From a virus, in IMG/VR virus record IMGVR_UViG_3300036791_000458, positions 12,525 through 76,524 of that record: 64,000 nucleotides of DNA, one strand, 5' to 3'. Below are positions 58,610 to 64,000 of the stretch, one piece after another. Within the stretch, counting starts at the first letter, position 1. The number at the start of each line of letters is the position of its first letter. The notes under the pieces were generated by a model. That model was not told where the DNA came from, searched no databases, and worked only from the letters and a program-made list of their open reading frames with translations. Both the position numbers and the translations under genes were made by a program.

Positions 58610-59052
58610 TTTTTTTGACCATAGGAATATACTCGAGGAATATACTCGAAATAATTGGTCTCGGGAAAACAATACTTACCGTCACGGTGACTAGCAGGAA
58701 AAAGACTACAATTCAAACACGGCACAGGTTTCTTCTCTTCAACCTCGGCAAGATCAAATGCAACTATCTCCATCAACTCACGCTTACGATCTGGTTTACG
58801 AACCACAACCGCGTACTCATCTGCTTCAACTTCTCCAAAGTAACTAGTACTATGACTTCTTTTAACGTTGTGTTCACCCTGTAACCATGAAGTTAAAGCA
58901 CGTTCTGCGGAGTCTCTATCCGTAAACCAGCGCGGCATTTCCTTAGTAGCACTTGTCGGTACAGTGAAACTATAACCGTGCTTTCTTCTCACGGGAAGCG
59001 CGGGAAGATAATCTTCTGTGCCCTTCAGCCTAATTGCGAATAGCTGAATCAA
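58606..59052 (-). CDS. hypothetical protein
   Basis: ORF overlapping its neighbours by 4 nt. Confidence 0.5.
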   Translation of the reverse strand: MIQLFAIRLKGTEDYLPALPVRRKHGYSFTVPTSATKEMPRWFTDRDSAERALTSWLQGEHNVKRSHSTSYFGEVEADEYAVVVRKPDRKRELMEIVAFDLAEVEEKKPVPCLNCSLFPASHRDGKYCFPETNYFEYIPRVYSYGQKK

Positions 59053-61028
59053 TTCGTCACTCCCGACACACGAAATAGCTTACTACCATTCACATCTTTC
59101 CGCACAACAAATATCTCAGAGAAACCGGAAAATGTGAGAGCTCGATGGTCTGCAATCCAAATTTGTTTGCTCAGTACTTCAGCACGATACCTCAGAGACT
59201 CCAGCAAATCTTCTATGCCCTCAGAAGATAACCAGCTAGTAGGTTCATCCAAAAACTCCTGAGTCCAAAAAACACCAGCCGCTCTTTGTATCAGACTCGC
59301 GACACCTTTTGCTAGTGCAATTCTCAATCTTTGTGATTCTCCACCAGACCAGCCCTCCCACGGGCCTTCGGATGTCGGTGACTTGACCTTGATTGCAACT
59401 CCCAGTTTTACAGTACCAGACTTAGTCTCTGATTCAGTTGCGAGAGAAATTCCCCAACCAACCAACCCGGACGCGGAAATTGCTCCCGCGATTTCAATTT
59501 CCAACGCCATCAATATCCGTTGCACGAAGAAAAGTCTGATTCGTTTGAATCCGTGCTTGTACCAGTATTCAATCGCAAGTATCTTCCCTTCTAAACCTTT
59601 GCTCGCGTCTAAAACTGACTGTAGCTTCAACTCCGTCTCTTGTCTTTCCTTGTTATTCAATTCTAGCTTAACCGTGTACGGATTCGTCTTTTCCCTTTCT
59701 TGTGTAATTTGCGAATAGAACGGGTTCACCGTCTTTTTGAGCAAAGCTATTTGGGAGTTGTACGGGTTATTGTCGTCTTCAATCTCTGCCAGAAGAGTGT
59801 CAGCTTGTTTTTCAATTTGTACCATCTGGTTTTGGAGTCTGGATAAGTCTCGTTCAATGGAACTCCTTTCTGCTCGCGCTTTAATTTGTTCCTTATCTTC
59901 TTTGTCAGCCTCATTTTTCGCTGTTCGAAACTGAGCAATCTTTTCACGAGCTTCTTTCTCCAACCCTTCTTGTTTAGTAATAGCTACGAATGCCTGTTGC
60001 TCTTTCTCTTGTTTCAATTCACGGGTAATGGGTTGACCGCACGTCGGACAAGTGTTGTTCTTTTCCCAGAACCTAAGCTGATCCCTAATCTGTTTTATCG
60101 CGGCTTCTATCTGGTAGCCCTTCACTTCCCAGTTTGACAACTCTTTCGCGACATTTCCGTTCCCGGTTCCGTTCGGTTTAATCAGACTACCGTTATGGTT
60201 ATAGGTAGTCATAATCGTAGAATGCTCAGTCTCAAGTTGTTCCAATTGCGCGGCGAGTCCTTCGCCTTTCTTCTTTTGAGTCGCCTTCCACTCCCCTGCT
60301 TTTTGTTCCAATCTAAAAACATTCTCCGAGTGCTCTACATCCCAAGAAGCGAGACTTTCTTCAAGTCTCGCAATTGACTCTTCGCGGGATACTTCCCAAC
60401 TTTCAATTTCTTTTCTAATCTGATCATCGGTAGGTAATTGCGCGAGCTTACCGGAGAGAAACGATATATCCTGCTTATACTCATTGACTTGTTCTTCCAG
60501 TGAACTAATCTGAGAGGACGCAGCATCCAAACAATCCGCCCAGACTGACAAGTCGAGCACCTGATCAAATAACTCAGCGCGCTTCGGCCCGTCAAGGTCT
60601 GGAAACAACTTTTCCCCTTGTCCAAACAAAACAGAGTGTGCAAACCTCATCCGGGTAAGTCCCAAAAGACGATCAATGAACACCTGCTCAACTAGTTCAC
60701 CGTTGAGCGTAACCTTGGTTGGTGGGCCGTACCGTTTGATATCGTAGCTCTCTTCTCCACGAAGCAGCTTGACAGTCACGTCTGCTTTCTTCTCGCCCCA
60801 CGATATCAAGTCGGCAGTTCTTGTTCCTTTGATACCTACTCCAAAAAAGCACCAGTGTATTGCGTCAAGCAAAGTAGTTTTACCCGCAGCATTCGCGCCC
60901 AGTCTCGGTTCCACCCGGTTGTCACCACCCAAAAATTTCAGTCCGTCAGTCAGTGGGAAAGTCACCACTTCGTCAATGAAGGAGCGAAAGTTATGAATGG
61001 TGACAGACTGGATAGTTATACTGAGCAT
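59049..61028 (-). CDS. sbcC: SbcC/Rad50 (T4 gp46-like) ATPase
   Basis: GANAAGKT Walker A, coiled coil with CPTCG hook, SGGE signature and LDEP. Confidence 0.92.
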   Translation of the reverse strand: MLSITIQSVTIHNFRSFIDEVVTFPLTDGLKFLGGDNRVEPRLGANAAGKTTLLDAIHWCFFGVGIKGTRTADLISWGEKKADVTVKLLRGEESYDIKRYGPPTKVTLNGELVEQVFIDRLLGLTRMRFAHSVLFGQGEKLFPDLDGPKRAELFDQVLDLSVWADCLDAASSQISSLEEQVNEYKQDISFLSGKLAQLPTDDQIRKEIESWEVSREESIARLEESLASWDVEHSENVFRLEQKAGEWKATQKKKGEGLAAQLEQLETEHSTIMTTYNHNGSLIKPNGTGNGNVAKELSNWEVKGYQIEAAIKQIRDQLRFWEKNNTCPTCGQPITRELKQEKEQQAFVAITKQEGLEKEAREKIAQFRTAKNEADKEDKEQIKARAERSSIERDLSRLQNQMVQIEKQADTLLAEIEDDNNPYNSQIALLKKTVNPFYSQITQEREKTNPYTVKLELNNKERQETELKLQSVLDASKGLEGKILAIEYWYKHGFKRIRLFFVQRILMALEIEIAGAISASGLVGWGISLATESETKSGTVKLGVAIKVKSPTSEGPWEGWSGGESQRLRIALAKGVASLIQRAAGVFWTQEFLDEPTSWLSSEGIEDLLESLRYRAEVLSKQIWIADHRALTFSGFSEIFVVRKDVNGSKLFRVSGVTN

Positions 61029-61570
61029 CAGAATTCCTTAACTACGATAAAGTAGAAACTCCAATTTTCAATGACCGTGCCGTAGTCCGAAACTCGTAGC
61101 TTCGGGAACAATGCGATCAAATCCGCAAACGATTCTCTGGTATAGGCGTGAAGATGTTCATAGTCAGGCCCAGTGTACAACGGGAGCATTGTATTGATCT
61201 TTTCATGATCAGGCAAAACAAAACAGATTCCGCCATTTGTCTTCAGCACGCGAATCCACTCCCACAAAGTCTTCACGGGATTAAGCATGTGCTCAAACGA
61301 ATGACGGGAGATGATTAAGTCCACACTGTTGTTTGGGAACTGAAGCGCGTCACCACTACAAACTAAATCAGCTAGTGGTCTGATATCCACACCGATAATC
61401 TGAGGAACGGTTTTCTTCATTCCGCATCCGATGTCTAGGACGGTCTTACCCCGGAACTTATTGTCGTTCAAAAACTTGAGAGCGATCAGTCGCTCCGGAT
61501 GAATTTCTTGAGGATAATCAATAAATTTTGTTGTCACAGATTTTGCAGATTTTGCACCTGTTGCCGACAT
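61028..61570 (-). CDS. class I SAM-dependent methyltransferase
   Basis: VLDIGCG, HSFEH and EWIRVLK..G. Confidence 0.8.
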   Translation of the reverse strand: MSATGAKSAKSVTTKFIDYPQEIHPERLIALKFLNDNKFRGKTVLDIGCGMKKTVPQIIGVDIRPLADLVCSGDALQFPNNSVDLIISRHSFEHMLNPVKTLWEWIRVLKTNGGICFVLPDHEKINTMLPLYTGPDYEHLHAYTRESFADLIALFPKLRVSDYGTVIENWSFYFIVVKEF

Positions 61571-61574
61571 TCTT

Positions 61575-62027
61575 TCATACCTTCCACGTCACAAGTTGAA
61601 TTTCGTCGTCCTGAATAGGTTTCCTGTAAATTTGAAAAACTTTATCGCCATGATGATAAGTCAAATCTAAATTTGACTCCATCATAGGGCGGGTTAGTCT
61701 CTTTACAAGCTCCCCGGTAAAAATTTTTATTGCTTTAGTACTCATGAAAATGGCGTCGGTCTCCGGGTACTGATCAATTTTATCTTCAAGCGATCTGAAC
61801 CTACCGGACGCTACAAGAGTTTTGTCAGCAAGTACTGAACTAGCAACAAGACTAACTAGTATCCTATAATTCCAGCTAATATCAACATGAATCCCACGTC
61901 GAAAACAAAGCAGAAGCTCATTAATCTGAGACGCGATTTCTGAACCCTTGAACCCCGGAGTAGGCCCAAAGTAAAATTCCGGCATATGTATCACATTGTT
62001 ATCTTCTTCGAATTTGCAGGAAGGCAT
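61575..62027 (-). CDS. hypothetical protein
   Basis: ORF between sbcD and the methyltransferase. Confidence 0.5.
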   Translation of the reverse strand: MPSCKFEEDNNVIHMPEFYFGPTPGFKGSEIASQINELLLCFRRGIHVDISWNYRILVSLVASSVLADKTLVASGRFRSLEDKIDQYPETDAIFMSTKAIKIFTGELVKRLTRPMMESNLDLTYHHGDKVFQIYRKPIQDDEIQLVTWKV

Positions 62028-62028
62028 T

Positions 62029-63060
62029 TTACTTCCTCACTGTCTTCAATATGTCCATGCCTACATCGATGATTTCCTGAGCAAGATTTTCTTCCTTACC
62101 GAACAAGGTCAAGACATCCTCGGGACTCATCAACTCAATACCGGAAGATTCAGCGGTCGTTTTGTCTTTAGAGATGCCTATGTCTTCCGTGAAGACACCT
62201 TCGAGAGAAGCAAGAAAGATGTTCCTGTCCATCGCCCACTGTTTGCAGGCTTCTTCTTCAACTGGCCACTGAGTCATCTTTTCACTATTCAGTTTGTACC
62301 GGATTCGAACCTGATCACCCGGATTGGTTCGAATGGCACGTAGATCAGTAGAACTATCAATATCCAAGATAGCTCTGTGAGTAGTCATCAACGGAACTTC
62401 TATGAACTTGCTGAAGTCCCTATCGTTTACCACAAGCACGCGATTAGGCCATGTTTCGTTGAACCTAACCGGATGTGGAACTCCGATATATTCTACTCCC
62501 ATTACTCTCTGAGGACGGTGGATATCTCCGGAATAAATCGGGATACCTTTAGGAAACACTGGCAAAGTATCAGAAGACGGAATAGGTCTACCTTCGGCAG
62601 ACAGTGAACCTTCAACCGTCTGGTGCATCAAAATCATTTTGACACTAGAGAACGGTAGACCTTTCCACTCTTCAACTGGATTCGAAGAAAACGGCAACAC
62701 AAGCACATTCCCAAACATCTCCGGTTCACTGACATATCTAATCCGCGACGAACCACCACTTAAAAATGGCCGATTCAGAAATGACCAATAGGGAACACCG
62801 CTCACGGGTTTGTCATGGTTGCCCATAACAACTATGACATCCGAGTCAGTGTTCACCTGTAGTTTTTCCAAAGAAGACGTAGCTTCATTCACCAGTTCTT
62901 TGCTATGTCTGTCTTTACGGTCAAATATGTCGCCCAGAAGATAGATATGAGTAACACGATACTGGATAGCGATCTTCTCTACTAAGTCGAACGTGTCCCA
63001 GCGATATTCCTCAACTGGATTATCCGTCAAATGCCAGTCGCCCGTGAGAAGTCCGGTCAT
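62029..63060 (-). CDS. sbcD: SbcD/Mre11 (T4 gp47-like) metallophosphoesterase nuclease
   Basis: GDWH, LGDIFD, GNHD, MHQ and SGDIH motifs. Confidence 0.9.
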   Translation of the reverse strand: MTGLLTGDWHLTDNPVEEYRWDTFDLVEKIAIQYRVTHIYLLGDIFDRKDRHSKELVNEATSSLEKLQVNTDSDVIVVMGNHDKPVSGVPYWSFLNRPFLSGGSSRIRYVSEPEMFGNVLVLPFSSNPVEEWKGLPFSSVKMILMHQTVEGSLSAEGRPIPSSDTLPVFPKGIPIYSGDIHRPQRVMGVEYIGVPHPVRFNETWPNRVLVVNDRDFSKFIEVPLMTTHRAILDIDSSTDLRAIRTNPGDQVRIRYKLNSEKMTQWPVEEEACKQWAMDRNIFLASLEGVFTEDIGISKDKTTAESSGIELMSPEDVLTLFGKEENLAQEIIDVGMDILKTVRK

Positions 63061-63254
63061 GTTTCCCTCTTTACAAGCCACCACTCAGAAGGATTCGTCA
63101 GTTCTACCGTCCGAACCAAAGTAAGGCGATCCCCATAATGAGCAGTAACAACATAGGAATCCGCGCTACTTTTATGACGAACTATATCGCCGCGGTTAAT
63201 ATCACTCAAGTCAGCAATAGGAAAATCCCCGTTCAGTGGGCCTGTAACTACCAT
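63057..63254 (-). CDS. hypothetical protein
   Basis: GGAG RBS and ATGA overlap. Confidence 0.5.
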   Translation of the reverse strand: MVVTGPLNGDFPIADLSDINRGDIVRHKSSADSYVVTAHYGDRLTLVRTVELTNPSEWWLVKRET

Positions 63255-63262
63255 GATGCTCC

Positions 63263-63478
63263 TTACTTTGCACGTCTCACAACATCGTAGTTCTCCAAAA
63301 GAGCTACGATGAAACGGGACTTGCCAATCTTCTTTGGTTTGATGATTTTGTCTATAAGCTCATCTAGCTCAGTGAACAACAACGGTTGACTTTCCACGAT
63401 AGCTTGTTTGCGTTTCTTCCTATCAGAAAATACTATTGTCCTTCCGGGTTTAATACCGTTACCGTTGCCATTTCGCAT
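63263..63478 (-). CDS. small basic protein (ribbon-helix-helix-like?)
   Basis: GGAGG RBS; LDELIDKI....GKSRFIVALLE. Confidence 0.4.
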   Translation of the reverse strand: MRNGNGNGIKPGRTIVFSDRKKRKQAIVESQPLLFTELDELIDKIIKPKKIGKSRFIVALLENYDVVRRAK

Positions 63479-63688
63479 TCTTTAATGCCTCCTGAATTTT
63501 TCATAGTTTCCCGAACCCGAACCCGTAGTCATCCTTCAATTCCATTGCCTTTGAAACCTCGCGAATCTCCCATGAGAGTAGTTCAAACTCTTCTCCCATA
63601 AGATAACGCATACACGCAACTGAATCAATCATTAAAGCTAAAAGACGACAGAACAACATTGACCTTCTATTCACAAACAGATATACGG

Positions 63689-63982
63689 TCAATCACATGT
63701 GGAAAACCCACAATCGCGACAAATTCTACACCCCTCTTGTTTATATACACTGGGATTCCCACACTGATTACAATACTCACCTAAGCATAGTGAGTCTGTA
63801 GATGCAATCTTCGAATCCGTGATTGTAGGTGGCAGGACAATAAAACCCTCTCCACTGTCCGCCATGTGCTGTTTAATAACCTTACCGATTCTCGCGACAA
63901 GTGAAGGAGTATACTCTTGATCCACCCAGCAACCTTCATTGATACTGTAGACTTGCATCAGCTCTTCCACGATGAAAGTCAC
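63689..63982 (-). CDS. protein with NrdJ-type C-terminal zinc ribbon
   Basis: C..CG......EGC..C..CG.S.C at the C-terminus. Confidence 0.5.
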   Translation of the reverse strand: MTFIVEELMQVYSINEGCWVDQEYTPSLVARIGKVIKQHMADSGEGFIVLPPTITDSKIASTDSLCLGEYCNQCGNPSVYKQEGCRICRDCGFSTCD

Positions 63983-64000
63983 ATCACCGCCACGCCGAAA

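Noticed and set aside
1-64000. tRNA, rRNA, integrase or IS elements
   Set aside because: None were recognisable by eye; a tRNAscan or Infernal run would be needed to exclude small RNAs.

Overview
This 64 kb window is part of a large tailed-phage (Caudoviricetes-like) genome, almost entirely encoded on the minus strand. From right to left it contains: (1) a replication, repair and DNA-modification block (SbcD/SbcC, NADAR, QueD/QueE, MazG-like, DnaB-like helicase; 53.3-64 kb); (2) a divergent early region of short genes with consensus sigma70 promoters, several of them apparently leaderless (48-53 kb); (3) a stand-alone RAMP/Cas7-like gene (46649-47362) with an ARPP-1-like gene and non-coding hexamer-periodic arrays downstream (42.7-44.7 kb); (4) terminase small and large subunits and an amidase endolysin; (5) a portal and three large multi-domain MuF-type/polyvalent proteins, divided by a recurring KYSEDQAR peptide into enzyme cargos (zeta-like kinase, split 2H phosphodiesterase, NadD-like, GNAT, PPase, ART-like, PI4K/HipA-like, ParB); (6) a 16 kb insert of collagen-like Gly-X-Thr fibre genes, glycan-active proteins and glycosyltransferases; (7) prohead protease, scaffold and major capsid protein. 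The strongest candidate for a new system is the solo Cas7-like RAMP together with the arrays. The arrays consist of constant/variable hexamers (minus strand NN-DGTY, mostly NN-AGTC) punctuated by NNAGAAGCY, suggesting a CRISPR-less, putatively RNA-guided phage module. All family calls are by motif recognition from memory; no searches were run.
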